A DNA stretch of 64,000 bases from positions 147,390 through 211,389 of the forward strand of contig JBBAPZ010000001.1 of assembly GCA_040400605.1 (NCBI GenBank), given 5' to 3'. The notes below the pieces were generated by a model. The model was not told where the DNA came from, did no database searches, and saw only the letters and a program-made list of their open reading frames with translations. The stretch is from Candidatus Sericytochromatia bacterium (GTDB taxonomy: Bacteria > Cyanobacteriota > Sericytochromatia > S15B-MN24 > JAQBPE01). Positions within the stretch are counted from its first letter, which is position 1. Each line of letters opens with the position of its first letter. This document shows positions 7,736-17,169 of this stretch, one piece after another. The position numbers and the translations under genes were made by a program.

Positions 7736-10700
7736 TTGAACGCACCCCTTTGGGGTCGAAAGTAGATGCAAAATCAGTAAAAGTTCGGCCCAAAAAGGTG
7801 ACCGGTCCACTCAATGTGGCGCACCCGAGTCCAACGACAGGGACGATAGACGCTGGCATCGATCGACGCGACGACGAAGCGCCTGAACTCACGGCAGAAG
7901 TGTTGACTGGGCGTCTCGTTGCCGTTCGAAAATCTCCGGTTGATTTTTCTGCGGCAATGTCAAAAACGTTAAGTGGGCATTTGCCGGGCGTCAAACTGGA
8001 GGGAGATTGGAAACCTTGGCAGGCTGAAATGCTTGAAGGGGCGTTGCGAGCGGTCCCCAAGCAGGCTGTTCTCCGGTTGCACGGTTTGACCTTTCGGTTG
8101 GAAGGAGGCAGTGCCGATGGAAACCGCGAAGCGCAGCCAGTCACCGTTGACCAGGGAGAACGCCGTCTGAGTGTGCAACAGCGGGCCTTCGAACTTCCCA
8201 AAGTCAATCAGGTACCACTCGCGACGCGTGAAGTCGTGGGTGGTTTGGCTCAATTGCTGTTTAGTGAGCCAAACCTGAAAAGTGACTACGCCCGTTTGTT
8301 TGAACAAGATAGCGCGCCATTTTCCGTTTTGGAGACACTCGAAGCTGCGATGGCCACCACAACGATTTTCACCCAAGCAGGGCCAAAAACTGATGGAACG
8401 GCGGTTCGCCAGGACATCAATCGCACCGGGACGGTTCCTTTAAACAGTGCGTCACCCCTGTTGCAAGCGCCGCCCCGGCCAAGCGCTCCGGCCCAGACCA
8501 CGCGGTTGGCAGTGCCCCCGATTAGCCATGGACAACCATCATCAGCAACAAATGTTGCATCACGGCAACTAATCGTGTCATCGCAACAGCCAAAACCTGG
8601 TACGGGTATGCGCGAAACGATCGCGGGGGAACAACAATCCAAACCCGGCACTGGTATGCGCAATCAGGGACGTGCGGAGTCCGTGCCGGTACCGGGCGGT
8701 GATGGGCGTGAGCCTGTCGTGGTTAGACAAAAATCGACGGCCGGGGTGGATGGTCGTGACCGGGGCGTGACACCGCGTCCTTTAGGTACCGATGAGCTCC
8801 GTCAGCCTGGGCGAGTCGTCACACCGGCGCAAGCGGCAACGGGGGCACTGGGGGTTACTGCTCCGGGTGCACTGGGCGCAACTGGAGCACGCGGCAGTGC
8901 ACCAGGACACGTTTCCCGCGGTTCGGATGGTTCTGTCGTCAGGCGTGAGGGTAATTGGGGTTCCGATCCGATCGGTGGCTCGTCACCGACTGGAGGAACA
9001 GTGGCACGGGCGGAGTCATTGGGTGGACAGTTTGCTGAGAGTTTTAAATTGTTCGTGTTTCAGCCTGAGGTATTGCTGACGCGGGATCCGGCCCAGTTTT
9101 TGCTTTTGAATGCAGACCTGCGTCATTACACGCCTGTCGATGTGATGCGTATGGCTGAAGCAAACGGTGTCAAACTTGAACAAAGCATCACGGATTTGTT
9201 GTTGGCGGGACGCGGTGGTCAAGAACTTGTCGGGCGAATCAGCGCCCACCACGGACTTAAGGCGAACGAGGGTTTGCTCAAAGCCCGTGATCAAGCGGAG
9301 TTGGGCAAAAACGCGAGCCTTGAACGATTAACGGAACGTCTGGCGCTCGATATTGGTGTTCGGGGAACTGCGACGCGTCAGACGATGGCCCAAGCGCGCA
9401 TCTTGTCTGAGCGGTATCATCAGACCGTGGCAGAATTGAAGGTTGAACGTGATCCGACCAAGTTTGGGATGACATCTCCGTCTGGTGTCTTTCGGTGGTT
9501 GGGAGACCGGTTGAGGGATGCTGGATGGCTCCCGCGCAGTCATGCGGGCGCGCAGTTGCAGGCCTTGCGTGGCGAATTTGTACGTTTGCCTTTGGCATCA
9601 CAGCTTCGGGTAGATCCCCGCTTGGCGCTCGGCGCTGCCTGGTTTCGTCTGTCACCGTATGAGCGTTCGTTACTGTCGAGCGAATCCGGTGCCCAACGCC
9701 TGAGCGCAGTGGCTTTGCGGCGGATTGATGAAACAGGTTACATCCCACAGAATCTGACCAAAACCGAGCAACACAATCTGGCGTTGCGAACCCTGCTAGA
9801 TGGTTTGTTTGATATCGGGGCATCTGGGCAGGAACTCAGGGCCAAGCTCTTGCAGCCGCACTCAGGTCTCGTTCCTTTGGGCGGGAGCGTCAAACAGGCG
9901 CTGGCGGGCCTGCGTGCACGCAATGGTGCTGATGTCGCAGCGTTGTTGGAATCCGAGTTTTTAAAATCCTTTGACACGGCTGCGGGAAAGGAGGCTGTTC
10001 GCATCTTTTTTGAGGCTCCCGAATGGCGTGATGCACTTCAGGCCTTTCAGAAGAACACGGTCGGTGCAGAGGTACTGATGGTGGCGTTGCTCAGTCATGC
10101 GTCTGATCCAAACCACGTACCCCGCAGTGCCAAGGAGTTTTTTGAAGAGATTGTACGGACGATAAAAAAGGCGGAAACGTCGTGGAGGCAATCAGTTGAC
10201 AGTCCGCTCGAGTTGGCCTTGACCGAGATCAACCGACAGGTTCAGGAAGGCAACGATGCGTTCGTGGTTGAATTAATGGCGCCGCTCACTCGAGACGGTG
10301 ATCTGGAGTCGTTGCTTGGCAATTGGCTGGTTGGTGCGCTCACGCCTTCAGAGCGCACCCTCCTGAAGGATCCGACGTATCGCCGTTATCTGGTGGAACA
10401 TGCGCGCAATCGTCAATCCACGGGCGTGTCGCTAGCGTTCGATGCCCGTCAGTTTCATGAAGAGACCGGCGCGCTGCAACAGTCGTTGCGTTTGCTCCTG
10501 GCCGTCGAACCGGAGTTTCGACAGGCGTTTGCGAGTGATGCGCGGCGTGCTTTGGAGCGGGCCGAGATGTGGACCAATCTTCCGAATCCGATTAAACTGA
10601 TGCTTGAAAATGGTGAATTGCAGGCTCAAAGAAAGCGTTTAAGCGAGGCTGTCGAAGAAGTTCTATCCCCGTTGCGCTCCCGCGAACAAGCCTCGAAACG

Positions 10701-10878
10701 GTCGTTGGAAAATCTGGGGCGAGCGGTCCAGGGCGTCAATGCCGGCAATTACGTCGCGTTGATGGAAACGATGGGTCGCCCGGCGCCCGAAATGGGGCGG
10801 CTGGTCAAGGCACGTCTGTCGGCTTATTTGTCCGATGATGATGGAAATCTCACCCACGATGACGCCTCAGTCTTTTAA
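7711..10878 (+). CDS. Large hypothetical protein with degenerate zincin/ATLF-like motifs and a low-complexity Pro/Gly/Thr insert (start likely GTG 7729 or 7732)
   Basis: 1055-aa ORF; GGAG RBS at 7719; FAESFKLFVFQPEVLLTRDP resembles the zincin ExFAESF..Y...PE.L...DP motif. Confidence 0.7.
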   Translation: MLVEFCVVIERTPLGSKVDAKSVKVRPKKVTGPLNVAHPSPTTGTIDAGIDRRDDEAPELTAEVLTGRLVAVRKSPVDFSAAMSKTLSGHLPGVKLEGDWKPWQAEMLEGALRAVPKQAVLRLHGLTFRLEGGSADGNREAQPVTVDQGERRLSVQQRAFELPKVNQVPLATREVVGGLAQLLFSEPNLKSDYARLFEQDSAPFSVLETLEAAMATTTIFTQAGPKTDGTAVRQDINRTGTVPLNSASPLLQAPPRPSAPAQTTRLAVPPISHGQPSSATNVASRQLIVSSQQPKPGTGMRETIAGEQQSKPGTGMRNQGRAESVPVPGGDGREPVVVRQKSTAGVDGRDRGVTPRPLGTDELRQPGRVVTPAQAATGALGVTAPGALGATGARGSAPGHVSRGSDGSVVRREGNWGSDPIGGSSPTGGTVARAESLGGQFAESFKLFVFQPEVLLTRDPAQFLLLNADLRHYTPVDVMRMAEANGVKLEQSITDLLLAGRGGQELVGRISAHHGLKANEGLLKARDQAELGKNASLERLTERLALDIGVRGTATRQTMAQARILSERYHQTVAELKVERDPTKFGMTSPSGVFRWLGDRLRDAGWLPRSHAGAQLQALRGEFVRLPLASQLRVDPRLALGAAWFRLSPYERSLLSSESGAQRLSAVALRRIDETGYIPQNLTKTEQHNLALRTLLDGLFDIGASGQELRAKLLQPHSGLVPLGGSVKQALAGLRARNGADVAALLESEFLKSFDTAAGKEAVRIFFEAPEWRDALQAFQKNTVGAEVLMVALLSHASDPNHVPRSAKEFFEEIVRTIKKAETSWRQSVDSPLELALTEINRQVQEGNDAFVVELMAPLTRDGDLESLLGNWLVGALTPSERTLLKDPTYRRYLVEHARNRQSTGVSLAFDARQFHEETGALQQSLRLLLAVEPEFRQAFASDARRALERAEMWTNLPNPIKLMLENGELQAQRKRLSEAVEEVLSPLRSREQASKRSLENLGRAVQGVNAGNYVALMETMGRPAPEMGRLVKARLSAYLSDDDGNLTHDDASVF

Positions 10879-10893
10879 GGACGGTATCGACGG

Positions 10894-12315
10894 ATGGGTG
10901 CGAGTGAGGCAGGCCAGCCGATTGTGAATGCAAAACTACAGGAACGTTTGCTTTCCGTGCTGTTTTTGACAGCACTGTATATTGGTGTCGAACGCATACT
11001 GGGTGTCCTGTCCGGGATGGTTTTTCGCAACGGTCCGTCGGCCTTGGTGCTGGGTACCGTGAGTGGCGTGTCAATCGCATTGCTGTTCGCGTGGGGCCGT
11101 GACGCCGGCTTGTTGCACTTGCGCCGTTTTTTTGGTCCCAAGGGCGTTGACATTCGAACGGTTGTAGGAGATTTTGCCGCAGCGACGCGTGAGTCGTTGG
11201 ATGTTAGAACGAATGCGGAAAATTTTATGGACGCCTTGGAGCACGCCCTGAAGCCACGACATCAGATGCTGTTACTGAAAGGGGGAGCTGGCGACTATGA
11301 CCTGTTCGCCAGTCGGGGCCTTGCCGATCCGACAGCGTATCTTTCTTTGGGGCCACAAGCGGAAGATGTGATCATCCCGCTTCGCGTCGGGGAAAGGACG
11401 ATTCTGCGGCTCATGTTGGGGCGAACAGATCGTCAGTGGTTTGGTCGTGGGGTTGAGTACGGGTCCGAAGACTACGCGTTGATTGACAGCCTTGGTCAGT
11501 CGTTGGCGCTGTCCATCCGCAACGCACAGTTGTTTGATGAGTTGGCCAGTCAGGAGCGGATGCGGCGTGAGCTTGAAATCGGCTTTGAAGTCCAAATGGG
11601 CCTGTTGCCGAAGATACTGCCTTCCGTGCCCGGTGTAGCCCTTGCCGCTGCCTGCTTGCCTGCCATGGAAGTTGGCGGTGACCTTTATGATTTCATTCAG
11701 ATAGATGCGACACGCTGGGGCTTCTTGCTTGGTGATGTGGCGGGCAAAGGTGTTCCCGCCGCGTTGATGATGGCGGTCACCCTGACGTTGTTCCGGGCGA
11801 TCGCCCCTGGTATTCCTTCCCCCGCGCAAACGTTGACGCGTCTTAACAAGTTGGTTTACCGCAATCGACCCTCAAACAAATATTTTGTCGCTGCCATTTA
11901 CATTATTTATGATTCGCGGGATGGTTCCGTGCGGTTATGCAATGCCGGGTTGCCACATCCGTTGGTGGATGGTGTGGCCTGTCAGGTCACCGGCATGCCG
12001 CTGGGCTTGATGCTGAAAACGACGTATCAAGACCGCGTGATCGATCTCAATGTCGGACAAAATCTGGTTCTGTACACCGATGGCATTGAAGATGTTGAAA
12101 ATTCCCAAGGACAGGCGTTTGGTCTGCAACGATTGCAAGCGCACCTCGAACGGCTGCGAGGCCACAGCCCAAGCGAGACGCTTGATGCTTTAAACGGGCG
12201 CTTGGCCGAATTCGGTGAAAACTCGCTGCCTGCTGATGATCAAACGATTTTAATCTTGCAGCGCACTCAGATTGTTGGGCACTCCGAAGCCCTGCCTGGA
12301 GCCCCTATACGCTGA
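10894..12315 (+). CDS. Membrane-anchored GAF plus PP2C/SpoIIE phosphatase (RsbU-like)
   Basis: Two N-terminal TM segments, GAF-like region, EVGGDLYD, GDVAGKG, NAG, LYTDG, DDQT motifs. Confidence 0.9.
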   Translation: MGASEAGQPIVNAKLQERLLSVLFLTALYIGVERILGVLSGMVFRNGPSALVLGTVSGVSIALLFAWGRDAGLLHLRRFFGPKGVDIRTVVGDFAAATRESLDVRTNAENFMDALEHALKPRHQMLLLKGGAGDYDLFASRGLADPTAYLSLGPQAEDVIIPLRVGERTILRLMLGRTDRQWFGRGVEYGSEDYALIDSLGQSLALSIRNAQLFDELASQERMRRELEIGFEVQMGLLPKILPSVPGVALAAACLPAMEVGGDLYDFIQIDATRWGFLLGDVAGKGVPAALMMAVTLTLFRAIAPGIPSPAQTLTRLNKLVYRNRPSNKYFVAAIYIIYDSRDGSVRLCNAGLPHPLVDGVACQVTGMPLGLMLKTTYQDRVIDLNVGQNLVLYTDGIEDVENSQGQAFGLQRLQAHLERLRGHSPSETLDALNGRLAEFGENSLPADDQTILILQRTQIVGHSEALPGAPIR

Positions 12316-13304
12316 ATGCTGGCATCAATCAAGCGGGTCAATAGATCACCAAACGAGATGCCAGCCGTACGTGCCGCAAGCGGAATCAACGATTGCTCAG
12401 TCAGTCCGGGCAATGTATTGGTTTCCAGGATGTAAATCCCATCACCATTCAGGATGAAATCGCTACGCGAGATGGCATGGCAACCCAAACCGCGATGTGC
12501 TCGGAGCGCCAGCTCCTGGACCGCTTGGGCACGTTCGGGAGACAAAGGCGCAGGACATACTTCGAGGGACGCCCCTGGGGTGTATTTAGCGGTGTAATCG
12601 AACAGGTCTCCGACTTGGGGTGTAATCGCAACCAGTGGCAGCGCCTGCAGTGGATAAGTACCAATGACCCCTGCCGTCACTTCGATCCCCCGAATGCGCC
12701 GCTCAACCAGTATCTCATCGTCCATACCGGCTACGGATTCCATCACGGGCCAAAAGGTTGCAGGTGATTCGACGACACCCAGCCCCAACGTGGAGCCCTG
12801 GGATACTCCCTTGACAATCAGATCCCAGCCCAAGTTCTCACCGATGAAGGCCTCAATCACCTTTTTTTCAAGGGGTTGATCACCCAAAGCGGCCGCACTG
12901 GTCACACCAGCAAACCAGCCGACACCAACGACAGAACGAAAGTCATAACCAGGTGCCTGCAACATGCCAAGATCCCGGTAAACACTTTTGGCGCGCGCCT
13001 TATTCAATGCCAGCGCACTGCCAAGCACGCCGGAACCGTAATAGGGTACACCCAAAAAGTCTAACAATCCTTGAATGCGCCCATCCTCACCCCATTGGCC
13101 GTGCAAGGCCAAAAATACAAAATCTGCGCGCTGCTTGAGCGTGCACAACGCTTCCGGTGCCCGCAACCAATCATTCAATTCGATGGCGAACGCGTCAAAA
13201 TACTGCGGATCCAAGTGCGCCAGCACCGCCTGACCGGACCGCAACGACACATCACGCTCGCTGGATGGTCCACCCATCACCACTGCAACACGTCGCTTGC
13301 CCAT
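12267..13304 (-). CDS. ddl: D-alanine--D-alanine ligase
   Basis: GGPSSERDVSLRSG, LHGQWGEDGRIQGLL, FDYTAKY, LETNTLPG. Confidence 0.95.
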   Translation of the reverse strand: MGKRRVAVVMGGPSSERDVSLRSGQAVLAHLDPQYFDAFAIELNDWLRAPEALCTLKQRADFVFLALHGQWGEDGRIQGLLDFLGVPYYGSGVLGSALALNKARAKSVYRDLGMLQAPGYDFRSVVGVGWFAGVTSAAALGDQPLEKKVIEAFIGENLGWDLIVKGVSQGSTLGLGVVESPATFWPVMESVAGMDDEILVERRIRGIEVTAGVIGTYPLQALPLVAITPQVGDLFDYTAKYTPGASLEVCPAPLSPERAQAVQELALRAHRGLGCHAISRSDFILNGDGIYILETNTLPGLTEQSLIPLAARTAGISFGDLLTRLIDASIQRIGAPGRASECPTI

Positions 13305-13691
13305 GCTTTAAGCCTGTCTTTCTTCATGCCGCCGCCGTCAAGGCATTCTCGGATCCGCGTCAACATCGATTCATATCGACGCCATTATAACGCCGCTTCG
13401 CACAACTGGCAGTTGTGGCCATCACGTCACCGGCTGATTGAAACGGAATGGTCCCACCGTGATCACGTGCTACCGCGGTAGATGCCGGCCAGACGCGGCA
13501 ACGTGTCCTGTTGGTTAAACCAATCAAGAGTCCCGCACGGATGCACGATTGACCTGACCTGGATGCGCCAATTGTCAGAGCCCGCTTCTAAGAACTGCAA
13601 CTGGCGGTTTTTGCCCATGGGCGCTATCCAGATCGGCTGTTAGCCTGCCTCACGAGGCGTGCTATGATGGCGCAGACAGTGGGTCGTATGA

Positions 13692-14783
13692 ATGATGAAA
13701 GAATGCAGCGAAAGGACGGGAAACATGTTGCTGGATGATCCGCAGCGATTGGCCGCGCTTGATGCTTCTGGGATGTTGCACTGCCTGCATGACCTGCCTG
13801 ATGTCGCTTTGTCCTCGTTTGAGGGTGGTGCGAGCCAAGCGCTGCCAATCGCGACACCCAAACTGATACTCGTTTGTGGGATGGGTGGCTCTGCGATCAG
13901 CGGCGATTTACTTCGAACCTTGGCGCTGGCCACGTGTTCCGCTCCGATTATGGTTCATCGGGGCGATCGCTTGCCGGCCTTTGTTGACAGCGCCTGTCTG
14001 GTCGTTGTGATGAGCTACTCAGGCAACACGGCGGAAAGTTTGGGTTGCCTGCATGACGCCCTAGAACGCCAAGTACCGCTCGTTGTCATCTCAAGTGGTG
14101 GCGAAGCCTCCAAACTGGCCCACTCCCATAAACGCTCACTGCTGACGATTCCCGGTGGCAAGCAGCCACGCGCCGCTTTGGGGGAGTTGTTCTTCAGCCT
14201 GCTGGGACTGACCTCACCCCTCACCGGCATCACCGAAGAAGACGTTCGGTCAACTGTACGTGCCTTGGTGCGGCTGCGTCAACAAATTGACGTCTCTGTC
14301 CCATTGACGGACAATCCGGCCAAGGCGCTGGCGATGGCGTGTCACGGACGCCGCATCCTGATCGCAGGCACGACACCTATCAGCGAAGCAATCGCGAACC
14401 GCTGGAAATGTCAGTTCAACGAAAATGCAAAACTGACAGTGCAACTAGCGACGTTTCCCGAGCTTACCCACAATGATGTTGTCAATCTGCTGGATGCGAG
14501 CGATCCGACGGAAATGGCCCTCGTGTTCGCCGATCCGGAGGATTCAACACTGATTCGGCGTCAACGGCAGATCTGTCTGGACCTGTTTAAAGAGAAAGGC
14601 TTGCTGATTGAAGTACTGGGCGCAATTGGCGACACGGCGCTTGAAAGATGCTTGAGTAGCGTGTATTTAGGCGACTATGTCAGCGTCTATTTAGCGTTTC
14701 TGAAGAACGTCGACCCTACCCCGGTTGATGCGATTACCCGTCTTAAAACGCGCATGCAATCGATTGCGGAGTCTGCACGGTGA
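13692..14783 (+). CDS. Bifunctional phosphoglucose/phosphomannose isomerase
   Basis: GMGGSAISG, SYSGNTAE, QPRAA, RWKCQFNENAK, FPELTHN, VDPTPV. Confidence 0.9.
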   Translation: MMKECSERTGNMLLDDPQRLAALDASGMLHCLHDLPDVALSSFEGGASQALPIATPKLILVCGMGGSAISGDLLRTLALATCSAPIMVHRGDRLPAFVDSACLVVVMSYSGNTAESLGCLHDALERQVPLVVISSGGEASKLAHSHKRSLLTIPGGKQPRAALGELFFSLLGLTSPLTGITEEDVRSTVRALVRLRQQIDVSVPLTDNPAKALAMACHGRRILIAGTTPISEAIANRWKCQFNENAKLTVQLATFPELTHNDVVNLLDASDPTEMALVFADPEDSTLIRRQRQICLDLFKEKGLLIEVLGAIGDTALERCLSSVYLGDYVSVYLAFLKNVDPTPVDAITRLKTRMQSIAESAR

Positions 14784-15865
14784 AGGCGGTTATCATCGCA
14801 GGCGGCACCGGAACGCGTTTGCGGCCGTTAACCTATACGACACCCAAACCAATGGTGCCCCTGCTCGGAAAACCGTTCATGCAGCATCAACTGGCGCTAT
14901 TGCGACGTCACGGGGTGTCGGATGTCATTATCAATTTACACTACCTCCCAGAAGTGATTCAAAACTACTTTGGTGATGGTCGCGATCACCACCTCCCCAT
15001 CCGTTACAGCCTGGAAACAAAACCCTTGGGCACCGCTGGCGCGGTCAAACTGGCCGAAGAACATTTGGGTTCAGCGCCCGTTGTGATCATCAACGGCGAT
15101 ATTTTGACCGACGTGGACCTTCAGGACATGCTGGCCTTTCACCTCGAAAAAAAGGCAGTCGCGACAATCGCCTTGGCCCGCGTCGCCGATCCAACAGCCT
15201 ATGGCCTCGTTATAACGGATGCCGAAGGCCAAGTGCAGCAGTTTCTTGAGAAACCATCCCGAGATGAAGTCATTGCGGATACCGTCAACGCCGGCGTGTA
15301 CATTTTGGATCCGCAACTGTTGCGCTTCATTCCGACAGGAGAAGCCTATTCTTTCGAGCGGGGCTTGTTTCCGCTTCTGCTGCAACTTCGCGAACGGGTT
15401 TATGGTTATCACACCCAACGTTACTGGCTAGACATCGGTTCACCCGAAAAGTACCAGCAGGCACACACAGACATTCTCCAAGGACGACTCCGCATCCCAT
15501 TGGACGCTGAACGCCGAACCGGTGACATCTGGGTGGAACGCGATGTCTGGGTGGATGAAAGTGCAGAATTGAAAGGTCCGATTTATCTGGCAAAAGGTAG
15601 CCGAATCGGCAAGCGGGTATCAGTGACCGAATTCAGTGTCATTGGCCCCGGTGTCGTTGTCGATGATGACGCGCGGGTGGCCCAATCCATCGTGGGTGAA
15701 GGTTCTGTGATCGGACAGGGTGCATTTATCGGACACAGTCTCATTGGTTCACATTGCGTGATCGGCGCAGCCTCTCAGGTACCGGAGGGTTTATTGCTGG
15801 GCGATGGCTCTTCCTTGGCCTGTGGAACCAATCTAAACCGTTTTTCGTCCCGGTTGAGCGCCTGA
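14780..15865 (+). CDS. NDP-sugar synthase (mannose-1-phosphate guanylyltransferase family)
   Basis: AGGTGTRLRPLT..PKPM, PLGTAGA, NGD, FLEKP, WLDIG and C-terminal hexapeptide repeats; GTGA overlap with PGI/PMI. Confidence 0.9.
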   Translation: MKAVIIAGGTGTRLRPLTYTTPKPMVPLLGKPFMQHQLALLRRHGVSDVIINLHYLPEVIQNYFGDGRDHHLPIRYSLETKPLGTAGAVKLAEEHLGSAPVVIINGDILTDVDLQDMLAFHLEKKAVATIALARVADPTAYGLVITDAEGQVQQFLEKPSRDEVIADTVNAGVYILDPQLLRFIPTGEAYSFERGLFPLLLQLRERVYGYHTQRYWLDIGSPEKYQQAHTDILQGRLRIPLDAERRTGDIWVERDVWVDESAELKGPIYLAKGSRIGKRVSVTEFSVIGPGVVVDDDARVAQSIVGEGSVIGQGAFIGHSLIGSHCVIGAASQVPEGLLLGDGSSLACGTNLNRFSSRLSA

Positions 15866-16001
15866 TTGTGGCTCAACCGTGTACCACGTCGTCAGCCATC
15901 GATAAGTTTGGTGAGTTCATGCAGACAACTCGCAGGTCCCTCAACTGGCGAAATCAAGTTGCCCGAAGAGATGCCTGTTCGATGCAATGATAGCGGAGCG
16001 T

Positions 16002-16103
16002 GTGCATTTATTGGACACCGTCTCATTGGTTCGTAAGCAGTAATCGGCGCAGACTCTCAGGTACCGGAGGGTTAATTACTGGGCGATAGCTCTTCCTTGG
16101 CCT
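16002..16103 (+). repeat. Degenerate direct copy of 15720-15821 (3' part of the NDP-sugar synthase gene)
   Basis: Ungapped 102-nt alignment with 13 mismatches; stop codons in the original reading frame. Confidence 0.9.
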
Positions 16104-16250
16104 AATGCCCTCAAGCAGATTAACGTCTCTGACTTTGTCAGATGGTCCATTTCCAGAAGTCACGGGCAGACCGTTACGGGATGAGTAGATGAATCGCTGC
16201 CCGGGCACCCGGGTTTTGACAACTGATGACTGACTCGCCGGCCGATGTTG

Positions 16251-16604
16251 TCACCTACCGATACTTCGACCATCAGATGTCTGAAGACGGTCCTCACACA
16301 CTGTCATTCGATAGACCAGCCTAATCGAATCAGTCATGGCCCTCATATGTTCGATTTTTGCCACCAGGCCGGGTGAAACCGGTGTCTCCAATTCATCAAA
16401 GGCTTCTGCCGAAGGCCATTGCGCATAGGCGACGTACACACCGGGCGCTTCGGTTGTATGCAGTCGAGAACCCCAACTACCTCGAAGGTCAAAAATCATA
16501 TCTGTCACGCTTTGCCACGCGATCTCAAAGTCCGCTTCACATCCAGACCTGACCTGAAACTCATACAGTGCGACAAACACGACATATCCTCGCGATAGGA
16601 GCAA
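16251..16604 (-). CDS. Antibiotic biosynthesis monooxygenase (ABM/Dabb) family protein
   Basis: F.V.SG.EADFE.AW, GSRLH, YVAYAQWPS.EAF pattern. Confidence 0.75.
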   Translation of the reverse strand: MLLSRGYVVFVALYEFQVRSGCEADFEIAWQSVTDMIFDLRGSWGSRLHTTEAPGVYVAYAQWPSAEAFDELETPVSPGLVAKIEHMRAMTDSIRLVYRMTVCEDRLQTSDGRSIGR

Positions 16605-17169
16605 GCGTAATTGGCAAAGACCCAGAGCACACTGTTGCGCGGATTATCGGAACAAAGTCGTCATCAGCAAGTCTGCGCCCAGCCATTCACTATAATAGTG
16701 CAATCGTTGTTCGAGAAAAACCGCTCTCATCTCTTACCACTACTTGAAGGCCGTCTTGACCTGACAGACGATAATAATGGTATATTACCCCATTCGACTT
16801 TCCGTCGTGGCAAGACGAGACGCGACACGAATATTGGGCAGACCAGCCACCAAATTCACCTTCGCAGTAGGCTGCGCTGACCAGTCAAATTGACGGTTCC
16901 ATTCAGCGGGCTGTCGACAGTTTCCAGTAAAAAAAAACGTCGAAATCAAGTCATCGTCTTGTCAGTGAAAATATTCGTTCCACAAAATTAGTTCTATTCG
17001 TATGCGGACGAATGCTGATCAAAAAAGCGTCACATCGGTATTTCGATCATTTTTCAATTCGTGAAGTGCCGAACGGGCGTTCAGCAGACTACCATAATCT
17101 TTTTTCAAAAAATGTGGGTATAAGGTCAGAGGTATTGCCCAAAGCATCGTCCGTACGTGACGTTGACCT

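Noticed and set aside
12267..12315. Convergent 3' overlaps (PP2C/ddl 49 bp; SDR/FUSC 3437-3451)
   Set aside because: Short tail-to-tail overlaps are common in compact genomes and there is no evidence of function
12267..13304. D-Ala-D-Lac (vancomycin-resistance type) ligase
   Set aside because: The omega loop FDYTAKY retains the Tyr typical of D-Ala-D-Ala ligases, and no van genes are nearby
15720..16103. Active diversity-generating retroelement
   Set aside because: Only 7 of 13 mismatches are at adenines, no reverse transcriptase or Avd gene is in the window, and the target is a housekeeping enzyme
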